Assembly (NCBI GenBank): GCA_046350795.1 | Contig: JAXLZT010000001.1 | Span: 309,780-373,779, forward strand | Direction of reading: 5' to 3' | DNA from: Minisyncoccota bacterium | GTDB taxonomy: Bacteria; Patescibacteriota; Minisyncoccia; Phycocordibacterales; CALRHW01 | Length of the DNA: 64,000 nt | Shown here: piece by piece, positions 7,793 to 17,932 of the stretch | How the letters are laid out: each line of letters begins with the position of its first letter | How positions within the stretch are numbered: position 1 is the first letter of the stretch | Translations under genes and position numbers: made by a program | The notes under the pieces: generated by a model | Database searches by the model: none | The model's input: only the letters and a program-made list of their open reading frames with translations | What the model was told of the DNA's origin: nothing

Positions 7793-10279
7793 ATGTTTTT
7801 AATAGACAAGATAATAGGCAGTCAAAACGATAAAGCCATCAAGAAGCTTCATCCCATAGTAGATAAAATCAATTCTTTTGAAACAGAGTTTGAAAAGCTG
7901 TCTATAGAGCAAATGGCCTCTAAAACAGCTGATTTTAAGGCTAGGCTCACAAAAGGTGAGACTTTGGACGATATCTTACCAGAAGCTTTTGCTCTGGTGC
8001 GAGAGGCTTCAAAACGCACCCTAAATCAGCGTCACTTTGACGTGCAACTCATGGGAGGCATAATATTGCACCAGGGTGGTGGAGCGGAAATGCGTACCGG
8101 AGAGGGAAAGACTCTCGTAGCGACCCTACCTGCTTATCTCAATGCGCTTTCTGGTAAGGGTGTGCATGTGGTCACTGTAAATGATTACCTTGCGCGTCGT
8201 GACTCTGCTTGGATGGGACAAGTATATTCTTTACTTGGATTATCTGTGGGTGTATTAAATCATGAAGCATCATATCTGTATGATCCAAAACACACTGAGC
8301 TAGATAAAGAGAGAGATGAAACGGGATCATTTAAAGTTGTGCATGAGTTTTTGCGTGGCGTGACTCGTAAAGAGGCATACAATGCAGATATTACTTATGG
8401 AACCAACAATGAATTCGGTTTTGATTATTTGCGTGACAATATAGAGTATGATCCAGCTCGTCTGCGACAGCGCGAGCACAATTTTGCTATTATCGATGAA
8501 GTCGACTCTATTTTAATAGATGAAGCGCGTACTCCGCTCATCATTTCTGCGCCGACAAGCGAATCAGAAGATTTATACAAGACTTTTGCCGGTATTGCCG
8601 CAAAAATGGAAAAGGAAAAACATTTTTCTATAGATGAAAAAATGCGCGCTATCACTCTAAATGATGAAGGAATTAATTTTGCCGAAAAACTTTTGGGAAT
8701 AGAAAATATTTATACAGAAAAAGGTATAAAGTATGTACATCATCTGGAGACTGCAGTGCGCGCAAAGGCTCTTTTTGAAAAAGATAAAGAATATGTAGTA
8801 AAAGATGACGAGGTAATAATCGTTGATGAATTCACCGGACGACTTCAGCCCGGACGTAGATGGTCTGAAGGCTTACATCAGGCGGTAGAGGCAAAGGAGG
8901 GAGTAAGTATTCAAAAAGAATCTCGTACCTACGCTTCTATTACATATCAAAATTATTTTAGACTATATAAAAAGCTTGCGGGTATGACTGGTACAGCGAT
9001 GACTTCTTCGGAGGAGTTTTACAAAGTTTACGGTTTGACCATTATAGCTGTGCCTACTCACAGACCACCACAAAGAAAAGATCTAAATGACTTTATTTTC
9101 CAGACTGAGCAGGGCAAGTTTAAGGCTGTAGCGAGAAAAATAAAAGAGTTGCATGATGCTGGACGACCGGTGCTTGTGGGTACTGTATCTATTGATAAAA
9201 ATGAATTACTTTCAAAATATCTTTCAATTGAGGGTATACCTCATCAGGTCTTGAATGCTAAAAACCACGAGAAAGAGGGAGAAATCATATCCCAAGCGGG
9301 AAAAAAGGGTGCCGTGACCATAGCTACCAACATGGCAGGCCGTGGAGTGGATATTAAGCTTGGTGGCAATCCAACAACCACTGAGTTATATGAAGAGGTA
9401 AAAAAACTCGGTGGTCTTTTTGTCCTTGGTACGGAGCGACACGATGCTCGTCGTATAGACAATCAGCTTCGTGGACGATCTGGGCGACAGGGTGATCCTG
9501 GAGAAACTCAATTTTTTGTATCCCTAGAGGACTCTCTTATGCGTATTTTTGCTTCTGATACCATTAAAAAACTAATGGGTCGTTTTGGTATACCTGAGGA
9601 TGAGCCTATACAAAACCGTCTTATTACTCGCTCGCTTGAGACTGCTCAGACAAAAATAGAGGGTTTCAATTTTGATGCAAGAAAGCATGTGCTTGAGTTT
9701 GATAACGTTTTAAATTATCAAAGAAAGATTGTGTATGAGCGACGTAGGAAAATTTTATTTAGTACAAAAGAAGATTTGGTGGAGTACATGACTTCTCTTA
9801 CCGAGGGTCTGTCAGAAGATGAAAAAACAAAGATTTTAGAAAAAATAAAACTAATAAATAGCGATGATGCTTTTGCTTTGACGGTACGTCGACTGATTTT
9901 ACAGGCTATAGATATGTTTTGGATTGAGCATCTGGAAATCATGGATTATATGCGATCGAGTGTAAATCTACGCGCATATGGTCAGCGTGATCCACTCGTT
10001 GAGTACAAAAGAGAGGGCTTGCGACTATTTAAAGAAATGGAAGATGCAACCCAAAATGAAATACTAAAACTTTTCCCAAATATAGAAAGTAATCTATATT
10101 TTAAAGAACAAGAAAATTTAAAAGAGGTTCATAAGCAAGCTTCTATTATTGGTAGCGGTGACGGAGGAAACAGGGCGGTTGTTGGTGCGGTGCGAAATGA
10201 ACAGGGAGAAAAAGTGGGTCGTAACGATCCATGTCCTTGTGGTAGCGGAAAGAAATATAAGCAGTGTCATGGCAAGTAA
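7793..10279 (+). CDS. secA: preprotein translocase ATPase SecA
   Basis: The DEAD-like motor motifs are present (LMGGIILHQG, GEGKTLVATLPAYLNAL, 'IIDEVDSILIDEARTPLIIS'). The C-terminal zinc-binding tail is 'CPCGSGKKYKQCHGK'. Length is 828 aa. Confidence 0.95.
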   Translation: MFLIDKIIGSQNDKAIKKLHPIVDKINSFETEFEKLSIEQMASKTADFKARLTKGETLDDILPEAFALVREASKRTLNQRHFDVQLMGGIILHQGGGAEMRTGEGKTLVATLPAYLNALSGKGVHVVTVNDYLARRDSAWMGQVYSLLGLSVGVLNHEASYLYDPKHTELDKERDETGSFKVVHEFLRGVTRKEAYNADITYGTNNEFGFDYLRDNIEYDPARLRQREHNFAIIDEVDSILIDEARTPLIISAPTSESEDLYKTFAGIAAKMEKEKHFSIDEKMRAITLNDEGINFAEKLLGIENIYTEKGIKYVHHLETAVRAKALFEKDKEYVVKDDEVIIVDEFTGRLQPGRRWSEGLHQAVEAKEGVSIQKESRTYASITYQNYFRLYKKLAGMTGTAMTSSEEFYKVYGLTIIAVPTHRPPQRKDLNDFIFQTEQGKFKAVARKIKELHDAGRPVLVGTVSIDKNELLSKYLSIEGIPHQVLNAKNHEKEGEIISQAGKKGAVTIATNMAGRGVDIKLGGNPTTTELYEEVKKLGGLFVLGTERHDARRIDNQLRGRSGRQGDPGETQFFVSLEDSLMRIFASDTIKKLMGRFGIPEDEPIQNRLITRSLETAQTKIEGFNFDARKHVLEFDNVLNYQRKIVYERRRKILFSTKEDLVEYMTSLTEGLSEDEKTKILEKIKLINSDDAFALTVRRLILQAIDMFWIEHLEIMDYMRSSVNLRAYGQRDPLVEYKREGLRLFKEMEDATQNEILKLFPNIESNLYFKEQENLKEVHKQASIIGSGDGGNRAVVGAVRNEQGEKVGRNDPCPCGSGKKYKQCHGK

Positions 10280-10321
10280 GTGATAATTGGAAACAAATCT
10301 CCTGTGCTATAATCTTTCTAT

Positions 10322-10699
10322 ATGAAAGGGAAAATAATCACGATTATTGTTTTGGTTGTTTTGGCTGGTTTTTTGTATTTTTTAGTAACGACACCTGGTA
10401 AGAGTGGCAAGCTGGATAGTTTCGCTTCTTGTTTAAAAGATAGCGGAGTCACTTTTTACGGTGCTTTTTGGTGTCCACATTGTCGAGATCAAAAAGCTCT
10501 TTTTGGACGTTCCGCCAAAAATCTACCTTATGTAGAATGTTCTACTCCAGATGGCAACGGACAAACACAGGAGTGTAAAGATAAGGGTATAAAAGGATAT
10601 CCTACTTGGAATTTTAGTGATGGGAGTCGAAAAAGCGAGGTGCTGTCTCTGAATGATTTGGCAAGTATCACCGGATGCGCTCTTCCTGAAAATTTGTAA
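10322..10699 (+). CDS. membrane-anchored thioredoxin-fold thiol:disulfide oxidoreductase (WCPHC active site)
   Basis: An N-terminal TM helix is followed by 'TFYGAFWCPHCRDQKALFG', the type of Trx-like domain fused to VKOR in other lineages. It lies immediately upstream of DsbB. Confidence 0.7.
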   Translation: MKGKIITIIVLVVLAGFLYFLVTTPGKSGKLDSFASCLKDSGVTFYGAFWCPHCRDQKALFGRSAKNLPYVECSTPDGNGQTQECKDKGIKGYPTWNFSDGSRKSEVLSLNDLASITGCALPENL

Positions 10700-10703
10700 A
10701 AAC

Positions 10704-11243
10704 ATGAATGAAATTATATCAATGATATTTTCTTGGGGGACTCTTTTTGCCCATATTTTCATTGTAATTTTTGTTTTATTTTTACTTATACGAAACAGTC
10801 TAGCCGATAAAATAATTTCTTTTGTTGGTGAGCATGTTTTGTTTTTGTCTTTCCTTGTGTCTCTTGGTGGATTGATTGGAAGTTTAGTATATTCTGAAGT
10901 TGTTGGTTTTACACCTTGTGTCTTGTGTTGGGTACAGAGATTATTTCTTTTCCCGCAGGTGGTATTGTTTGGGTCGGCTCTTTTATGGAAAGATAAAAAT
11001 ATTCTAAGATACACATACAGACTTTCTGTATTGGGTGCTTTGGTGGGTGCTTATCACGCTTTTACAAATCTTGGTGGTAAATCACTCACTCCTTGTACTT
11101 CTATGGGTGGGGAGTGTTCAAAAATTTACGTTTTAGAGTTTGGTTATATCACTATACCAATGATGTCTCTTACAATATTTATTGTTTTGATTCTAATGTT
11201 TATTGCCTCAAAGAGAAAAATCAGAACTTCTAATTTGGTATAA
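10704..11243 (+). CDS. dsbB: disulfide bond formation protein B (DsbB/BdbC family)
   Basis: 'FTPCVLCWVQRLFLF' matches the E. coli DsbB loop-1 'KPCVLCIYERCALF'. A second cysteine pair (TPCTSMGGEC) lies in loop 2, and there are four TM helices. Start is taken at the in-frame ATG 10704 (MNEIIS...) rather than the track's 10653, which overlaps the upstream gene. Confidence 0.75.
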   Translation: MNEIISMIFSWGTLFAHIFIVIFVLFLLIRNSLADKIISFVGEHVLFLSFLVSLGGLIGSLVYSEVVGFTPCVLCWVQRLFLFPQVVLFGSALLWKDKNILRYTYRLSVLGALVGAYHAFTNLGGKSLTPCTSMGGECSKIYVLEFGYITIPMMSLTIFIVLILMFIASKRKIRTSNLV

Positions 11244-11255
11244 AAATACTTAAAA

Positions 11256-13964
11256 ATGAACGAGGATTTTTTAAAAAAAGATATATCTTGGTATAGTCAC
11301 GATACTTCAAGTGTATTTTCTATTTTGGATTCTGCGGAGCACGGTCTTTCAGAGACTGAGGCAAAAAAACGTTTAAATTCATTTGGTCCAAACAAACTTT
11401 CTGATGCTCCTGTAGATGGCGCATTAAAGATTTTTATAAAGCAATTTCAGAGTCCTCTTATATATATTTTACTTTTATCTAGTCTAATAGTTTTCTTTCT
11501 AGGCGAAAGGGCTGATGCTTATATTATACTTCTTGTTCTTATTGCCAATGCATTTATAGGTTTTTTTCAAGAAGGTAAAGCACAAAACACTTTGGCTGCG
11601 TTGAAAAATTTTACAAAGACAGATGCCGTGGTTATAAGAGATTCCAGAGAAACCGTAGTATCTGACGAAGAAATAGTACCAGGAGACATTATTATACTTA
11701 GAGAGGGTGATAAACTTTCTGCTGATGTGCGTATAGTAGAATCTACAAATTTAAAGGTAGATGAATCCGCCCTTACAGGTGAGTCTGTCCCGGTTTTTAA
11801 AAACACACTGGTAATATCTCAAAAAAATGTGCCCGTGGCGGATCAGCACAACATGGCTTTTAAGGGCACATTTGTCTCTACTGGTACAGCTAGGGCTGTA
11901 GTGGTGGCTACAGGACTTAATACTGTTATAGGAAAAATATCAGAAAAAATAACCACAATAGATACTGATGCTCCACTAAAAAAAGATATAGAAAAACTTT
12001 CTAGGTTTCTCAGTGTCCTTGTATTAGCAGTGAGTGTGATTGTATTTATGCTTGGATTGTATTTTGGAAATTCTGCTCGTGATATGTTTTTCACTTCTGT
12101 AGCTGTGGCTGTGTCCTTGGTGCCCGAAGGTTTACCCATTGTTATTACTCTCGTGCTCGCTACTGGTGTATACAGGATGGCTAAGAGAAACGCTCTAATA
12201 AAAAAGCTTCAAGCTGTAGAATCACTTGGTCAAGCTACTATTATTGCTGTAGATAAGACAGGTACTATTACAAAAAATGAACTTATGGTAGAGCGTGTTT
12301 TTGTGTCCGGTAAAACTTTTGAGGTGTCTGGTGATGGTTATTCTTCAAAAGGAGAGATTCATTTAGATGGAAAAGAGATAGATTTTGCAAATCATCCAGA
12401 GCTACTTTTTATGGGAAAAATCTCTGCTTTTTGTGCAGATGCCAGAGTATCATTTTTAGAAAAAGAAGGTGTGTGGAAAGTATCAGGAGATCCCACAGAG
12501 GCGGCAATGCTTGTGTTTGGTGAAAAGGTTGGTTTCAACAAAGATGATCTGGAGCAAGAAGAGCCAAAGATAATGGACATTCCTTTTGACGCAGTGACAA
12601 AATTTCACACTACGGTTCATTTAATAAAAAAGAAAACATTTTTGTCTGTGGTTGGTGCGCCAGAAACCATATTATCTTTAGTAAACTTTATACAGGCCGA
12701 TGGTCAAAATAAAAAGATTACTGAAAAAGAACGTACAGAAATAGAGGCAGAAATACACAAGCTTTCAAGGCGGGGTTTGCGCGTCATCGCTTGTGCTGTC
12801 AATCAAAATGCGGGAAACGACATAAAGCTAGATGCTCTTCCGGCACTTACTTTTGTGGGTCTTCTAGGAATGCGTGATGTTCTGCGAGAAGATGTAGCCG
12901 AATCCGTCGCATCTGCTCAGGATAGTGGTATCAGGGTGGTGATGATTACCGGTGATCATGTGGTTACTGCAGAAGCTTTGGCTCGAGAAGCCGGTATTTT
13001 TAAATCTGGTGATAAGGTCATGACAGGCAAGGAACTAGAGAGTATGACAGCAAATGAATTATCTCATCATTTAAGTGATGTATCTGTATTTGCTCGCGTG
13101 ACCCCCGAACACAAATTAAAAATTATTGAGGCATATAAATTGCGCGGTGACATTATTGCTATGACGGGTGATGGTGTAAATGATGCACTTTCTTTGGTTG
13201 CTGCTGATTTGGGTATTGCTATGGGTAAAACTGGTACTGAAGTGACAAAAGAAGCCGGTGACATTGTTTTGCTTGACGATAATTTTAAGAGTATTATTTC
13301 GGCCATAGAAGAAGGGCGTAATATATATGCAAGTATAAAAAAGGTAATGCTTTATCTTTTTTCTACAGGCGCTGGCGAGCTCTTTGTGGTAGTAGGGGCG
13401 CTTTTACTCATTTTACCTTTGCCTCTTTTGCCAAGCCAAATACTTTGGCTCAATCTAGTGACTGACGGCTTTCTAGTGGTGGCTATGGCTATGGAACCTA
13501 GAGAAAAGCTTGGTGGAAAACGTGCTCAGGGTCATAATAGTTTTTTCATCAACAAGACTGCACTCATTAGAATTATAACAATGAGTCTAACTATGATGAT
13601 TGGTACTTTGTATATTTTTAGTCAGATACACTCTTTCAATATGGAAAAGGGTTGGACGATGGCCCTTACTACTTTGGCGATATTTCAGTGGTTTAACGCT
13701 TGGAATTGTCGTCGCGAAAGTCACTCTGTGTTTTCAAAAAATATCTTTTCCAATATTTATCTCGTTGGTGCTACTGTGATCGTAATAGCTTTACAGATTT
13801 TTGCGGTTTATAATCCATTTATGCAAAAGATACTTCATACCACTCCACTCACTTTATCTGAGTGGGCGTTGATGCTTTTGGTATCATGTAGTGTCGTCTT
13901 GGTAGAGGAGATAAGAAAGTTTTTTGCTAGACGTGGAAATAAAAATTTGCAGGTGGTTTGCTAA
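11256..13964 (+). CDS. cation-transporting P-type ATPase (P2-type, Ca2+/Mg2+-like)
   Basis: It has the TGES, 'DKTGTIT' phosphorylation, 'MITGD' and 'TGDGVNDALSL' motifs. Length is 902 aa, with an N-terminal Cation_ATPase_N region. Confidence 0.9.
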   Translation: MNEDFLKKDISWYSHDTSSVFSILDSAEHGLSETEAKKRLNSFGPNKLSDAPVDGALKIFIKQFQSPLIYILLLSSLIVFFLGERADAYIILLVLIANAFIGFFQEGKAQNTLAALKNFTKTDAVVIRDSRETVVSDEEIVPGDIIILREGDKLSADVRIVESTNLKVDESALTGESVPVFKNTLVISQKNVPVADQHNMAFKGTFVSTGTARAVVVATGLNTVIGKISEKITTIDTDAPLKKDIEKLSRFLSVLVLAVSVIVFMLGLYFGNSARDMFFTSVAVAVSLVPEGLPIVITLVLATGVYRMAKRNALIKKLQAVESLGQATIIAVDKTGTITKNELMVERVFVSGKTFEVSGDGYSSKGEIHLDGKEIDFANHPELLFMGKISAFCADARVSFLEKEGVWKVSGDPTEAAMLVFGEKVGFNKDDLEQEEPKIMDIPFDAVTKFHTTVHLIKKKTFLSVVGAPETILSLVNFIQADGQNKKITEKERTEIEAEIHKLSRRGLRVIACAVNQNAGNDIKLDALPALTFVGLLGMRDVLREDVAESVASAQDSGIRVVMITGDHVVTAEALAREAGIFKSGDKVMTGKELESMTANELSHHLSDVSVFARVTPEHKLKIIEAYKLRGDIIAMTGDGVNDALSLVAADLGIAMGKTGTEVTKEAGDIVLLDDNFKSIISAIEEGRNIYASIKKVMLYLFSTGAGELFVVVGALLLILPLPLLPSQILWLNLVTDGFLVVAMAMEPREKLGGKRAQGHNSFFINKTALIRIITMSLTMMIGTLYIFSQIHSFNMEKGWTMALTTLAIFQWFNAWNCRRESHSVFSKNIFSNIYLVGATVIVIALQIFAVYNPFMQKILHTTPLTLSEWALMLLVSCSVVLVEEIRKFFARRGNKNLQVVC

Positions 13965-13982
13965 CGTGTTATCTTCAGATAA

Positions 13983-14873
13983 ATGAAAAAGATAAAAGTT
14001 GTTACTCATAATGGTGATTTTCACAGCGATGATGTGTTTGCTGTAGCTATTCTTCAGGTGGTTTTCGGCAAGGATAACATAGAAGTCTTACGTACTCGTG
14101 ACGAATCATTTTTTGATTCTGCTGATATTTTGCTTGATTTGGGTGGTATATATGATGAAGAAAAAAACAGATTTGATCATCATCAGTCTGGCGGAGCGGG
14201 TCAGAGAGAAAACGGTATACCATATGCATCTGCTGGTCTAGTTTGGAAAAAGTTTGGTGAGCAGATTTGCGGAAGCAAAGAGATTGCTTTGTCTGTTGAT
14301 GAAAAACTTTTCTTACCGATTGATGCAAATGATAACGGTGTAAATATTTACGGATCAATTTTTGGTGATTTTTTGCCATACACTATTCAGGATCTGGTTA
14401 ATATTTTCCGTGCTACATGGAAAGAAGAAAAATCTTTAAATGATGAAAGGTTTATAGATGTTGTCTCTTGGGCTCAGAAAATAATAGAAAGAGAGGTCTT
14501 GCTTGCAAAACATTACAAAGAGGCAGAAGCTCTGGTAGAGCAGGATTATCAAAGAGCAGAAGATAAAAGGTTGATAATCCTTAATGGAAAATATCCTTGG
14601 TCAAAAGTCCTTATGAATCACCCAGAACCTCTTTTTGTGGTCTATCAGGATGGCGTAAATGATTTTTGGAGAGTAAAGGCTGTCGGAGAGGATAAGCAAG
14701 TATTTAAAAATAGAAAAGATTTTCCCGCATCTTGGGCTGGTAAAAGAGATGCTGAATTGGCAGAGATTACAAAAGTTCCTGATTCTTTGTTTTGCCACAA
14801 CAAGCTTTTTCTCGCTGTTGCTAAATCAAAAGAAGGCGCTCTCGCTTTGGCAAAGATTGCTTTAGAAAATTAA
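13983..14873 (+). CDS. MYG1/UPF0160-family metal-dependent protein (putative exonuclease/hydrolase)
   Basis: The N-terminal 'VVTHNGDFHSDDVFA' and 'RFDHHQ' motifs are typical of the MYG1/GAMM1 family. Confidence 0.75.
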   Translation: MKKIKVVTHNGDFHSDDVFAVAILQVVFGKDNIEVLRTRDESFFDSADILLDLGGIYDEEKNRFDHHQSGGAGQRENGIPYASAGLVWKKFGEQICGSKEIALSVDEKLFLPIDANDNGVNIYGSIFGDFLPYTIQDLVNIFRATWKEEKSLNDERFIDVVSWAQKIIEREVLLAKHYKEAEALVEQDYQRAEDKRLIILNGKYPWSKVLMNHPEPLFVVYQDGVNDFWRVKAVGEDKQVFKNRKDFPASWAGKRDAELAEITKVPDSLFCHNKLFLAVAKSKEGALALAKIALEN

Positions 14874-14914
14874 CACTTGAAAACTAGCCAAAATACTATA
14901 GTATCAAGTGTATT

Positions 14915-15883
14915 GTGGCATTTATTGATGAGCTAAAATTATATATAAAAGCGGGCGACGGTGGCAACGGCGTTGTTCGTTGGCGTCAGGAAAAGGGCAA
15001 AGACAAGGCCGGAGCTGCTGGTGGCAATGGTGGTGGCGGTGGAAGTGTATATGTACAGGCTGTACGCGACCTGGCTATTTTCCGTAAATATAAACATATA
15101 AAAGAAATTGTTGCAGAAAATGGTGGTCCTGGAATGAGAAATAGTATGCACGGTAAAAATGGTAAGGATCTCGTGATCGAGCTACCTATTGGCAGTGTGC
15201 TCACCAATCTTGCTAATGGTAAAAAATATAATCTTTTAAAAGACGGAGAAAAAATAATGATACTTGAGGGCGGTCGTGGCGGGCTCGGCAACGAACATTT
15301 CAAAGCATCTACAAATGTACGACCAAAAGAAAACACTCCTGGCAAAGAAGGGGAGTCTGCAGATTTTTTTATTGAGCTTGAGTTGGTAGCTGATCTGGGT
15401 CTAGTGGGTCTACCAAATGCTGGCAAATCCAGTCTGCTCAATGCACTCACCAATTCAAAAGCAACAGTGGGGAGCTATGAGTTTACAACGCTCGAGCCAA
15501 ACCTCGGTGATATGTACGGTTTTATTATTGCTGACATTCCTGGACTTATCGAAGGCGCATCGCAAGGTCGCGGTCTTGGACACAAATTTTTAAGACACAT
15601 AAAAAGGACGAGAATGATTCTGCACTGTATATCTTTGGAAAATGAAGATGTGGTTTCTGTCTATAAAACAATTCGTAAAGAGTTAAATGAATACAGTACG
15701 GAGCTTGCTTCAAAAAGAGAAATTATTTTACTTACAAAGACTGATTCTACTACGCCAGAAATTTTAAAAGAGAAGAAAAAAGCACTTGCGAAATTTAATA
15801 AAGATATATTTTCTGTATCTGTGCTTGACGATGCTTCTATAAAAGAGCTTAAAGATAGTCTAGTCAAAATGATGTCACAGTAG
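14915..15883 (+). CDS. obg: GTPase Obg/CgtA
   Basis: It has a GTG start. The Obg-fold glycine-rich N-domain is 'KAGDGGNGVVRWRQEKGKDKAGAAGGNGGGGGSVY', the G1 motif is 'GLVGLPNAGKSSLLNALT', and the G3 motif is DIPG. Confidence 0.9.
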   Translation: MAFIDELKLYIKAGDGGNGVVRWRQEKGKDKAGAAGGNGGGGGSVYVQAVRDLAIFRKYKHIKEIVAENGGPGMRNSMHGKNGKDLVIELPIGSVLTNLANGKKYNLLKDGEKIMILEGGRGGLGNEHFKASTNVRPKENTPGKEGESADFFIELELVADLGLVGLPNAGKSSLLNALTNSKATVGSYEFTTLEPNLGDMYGFIIADIPGLIEGASQGRGLGHKFLRHIKRTRMILHCISLENEDVVSVYKTIRKELNEYSTELASKREIILLTKTDSTTPEILKEKKKALAKFNKDIFSVSVLDDASIKELKDSLVKMMSQ

Positions 15884-15923
15884 TGGGCGCATTTTTGTCG
15901 TGATAATATAAAGGTAATAAATT

Positions 15924-17369
15924 ATGTCTTCAGAATACAAACTCACAGTCGGCCTAGAAATACATGCTGAGCTCAAAACAAAGACAAAGATGTTTTGTAA
16001 CTCAAAGAATGATCCAGAAGAAAAGCGCCCAAACGTCAATATTTGTCCTGTGTGTATGGGTCATCCTGGTACTTTGCCAGTAATCAATAAAGAAGCGGTC
16101 AAGCATGTCATAAAGCTTGGCCTAGCTGTGGGAGGGGAGATAGCAGATTTTACAGAATTTGATAGGAAAAACTATTTTTATCCAGATATTCCAAAGGGAT
16201 ACCAGATAAGCCAATACAAGTATCCGCTTGTGAAAGGTGGCTCAGTGGCTGGCGTAGCCCTTACAAGAGTGCATTTAGAGGAGGATACAGCATCATCTTC
16301 ACATGATACGGGAGACTATAGTCTCGTTGATTTTAATCGTGCTGGCGTGCCACTAATGGAGCTTGTGACTGAGCCTGTGATACATAGCGCAGAAGAAGCT
16401 TCTCGTTTTGCAAAAGAACTCCAATTGCTATTGCAGTATCTTGGTGCTGGAGAAGCAAATCTAGAGAAAGGAGAAATGCGTGTGGAAGCAAATATTTCTG
16501 TAAGCAAAGAAGACGGTAAATTTGGAACAAAAGTAGAAGTAAAAAATCTAAACTCCTTTAAGGCAGTAGAAAAAGCTATTTTGTTTGAAATGGATAGACA
16601 AATTGAATTGCTTGAAGGTGGTGAGAAAGTCGCCCAAGAAACTCGCGGATGGGATGAGCACAAAGAGGTCACATTTTCTCAGAGAAAAAAAGAAGATTCA
16701 CATGATTATAGATATTTTCCAGATCCTGATTTACCAAAGCTTTATATTTCAAAGATTCCAGAATTCTCAAAAGAATTACTTTTGAGTACTATGCCTGAGC
16801 TTCCTTGGCAGAGGAGAGAGAGGTTTATAAAAGAATATGGAATGAAAATTGATGATGCAGAAATGTTTGTGAGACTTACTGCGCTTGGTTCTTATTTTGA
16901 ACTCGCTGTATCAGGATTTGAAGGGGATAAGAGACTTATCAAACTAACATCAAACTATATTATTTCAGATTTGATGGGACTCATAAAAGCGACAGGTACG
17001 GATGTGGCTATGGCACTTGTAAACTTGGGATCAAAAATAAAGGCAAGTAGTTTTGCTAACTTGGTCAAGATGGCGGGGGATGGCAAGGTATCATCTCGCG
17101 GAGCAAAAGATATTCTAAAGATTATGTATGAAGAGGGTGGTACACCAGAAGAAATAGCAACTAGAGAAAAACTTTTCCAGGAAAGTAATACAGACGCACT
17201 CAAAGTAATTATAGAAAAAATAATTTCTGATTATCCAGATGTAGTGGTTGATTATAAAAAAGGAAAAGAATCAGCGTTGCAGTTTTTTGTGGGGCAGGGA
17301 ATGAAGGCAACAAAAGGTTCTGCAAATCCATCAGTCTTAAAAGAAATTTTACTCGAGCTTTTAAAATAA
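15924..17369 (+). CDS. gatB: Asp-tRNA(Asn)/Glu-tRNA(Gln) amidotransferase subunit B
   Basis: The N-terminus is 'LTVGLEIHAELKTKTKMFC...CPVCMGHPGTLPVIN', a GatB catalytic domain with zinc-ligand cysteines. The C-terminal GatB_Yqey domain is 'ANPSVLKEILLELL'. Confidence 0.9.
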   Translation: MSSEYKLTVGLEIHAELKTKTKMFCNSKNDPEEKRPNVNICPVCMGHPGTLPVINKEAVKHVIKLGLAVGGEIADFTEFDRKNYFYPDIPKGYQISQYKYPLVKGGSVAGVALTRVHLEEDTASSSHDTGDYSLVDFNRAGVPLMELVTEPVIHSAEEASRFAKELQLLLQYLGAGEANLEKGEMRVEANISVSKEDGKFGTKVEVKNLNSFKAVEKAILFEMDRQIELLEGGEKVAQETRGWDEHKEVTFSQRKKEDSHDYRYFPDPDLPKLYISKIPEFSKELLLSTMPELPWQRRERFIKEYGMKIDDAEMFVRLTALGSYFELAVSGFEGDKRLIKLTSNYIISDLMGLIKATGTDVAMALVNLGSKIKASSFANLVKMAGDGKVSSRGAKDILKIMYEEGGTPEEIATREKLFQESNTDALKVIIEKIISDYPDVVVDYKKGKESALQFFVGQGMKATKGSANPSVLKEILLELLK

Positions 17370-17379
17370 AAATAAACAA

Positions 17380-17412
17380 AAAACACCATCCAAATTTGGA
17401 TGGTGTTTTTTG
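17380..17412. terminator. bidirectional rho-independent terminator between convergent gatB and the minus-strand HTH gene
   Basis: The sequence is aaaaACACCATCCAAAtttGGATGGTGTtttttgttg, with an A-run before and a T-run after the hairpin. Confidence 0.7.
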
Positions 17413-17422
17413 TTGTGCGAGC

Positions 17423-17665
17423 TTAGTCCTCTAAATGTAAAACGTTGAGTTTTTTTACTTGATTTTTATTTTTTCGTGTGTTTGAGTTTTTTGTTCCTAT
17501 TTCTGCGATAAAAGCTTCCACGTCTTCTCTACGATAAACTCGATAGTTATTGATCGGATGTCTGCTTGCTTCAAACTTACCAGATTTGTCCCAATTGCGT
17601 AATGTTAGGGTTGTAACCCCTAATATTTTTGCTGTTTGCTTAATTGTTAAGAATGAATCAGTCAT
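17423..17665 (-). CDS. small helix-turn-helix DNA-binding protein (excisionase/MerR-superfamily HTH_17-like)
   Basis: 'LTIKQTAKILGVTTLTLRNWDKSGKF' is a typical excisionase-family HTH. Length is 80 aa. Confidence 0.6.
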   Translation of the reverse strand: MTDSFLTIKQTAKILGVTTLTLRNWDKSGKFEASRHPINNYRVYRREDVEAFIAEIGTKNSNTRKNKNQVKKLNVLHLED

Positions 17666-17932
17666 TAATATAACCTATATAAACCTTAATAAATGTTACT
17701 AATATTGTAATTAAATTTGTATGGTTTATCAATGTTATTATCTGTTGATAACTTTATCGTAAAAATAATTTCATTTTTTGGTATGTAAAAATATTTAAGT
17801 TGATCTTAAAAATGTACTGTAAATTTTTTATTTGATGTAAGTGATTTCTGGGCTCCTAAGTCATATTTAGCAACATATTTTAATTTTTCCAAAGGAATAA
17901 AATATATACTCAAAAAAATCGAAAAAGATTAT

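Noticed and set aside
10653-10703. Longer N-terminus of DsbB from 10653
   Set aside because: It overlaps the 3' end of the upstream Trx-like gene by 47 nt. An in-frame ATG at 10704 gives a normal DsbB N-terminus with a TM helix.
14986-15453. Pro-rich 155-aa minus-strand ORF
   Set aside because: It is antisense to the Gly-rich N-domain of obg (GGN codons read as Pro codons on the opposite strand).
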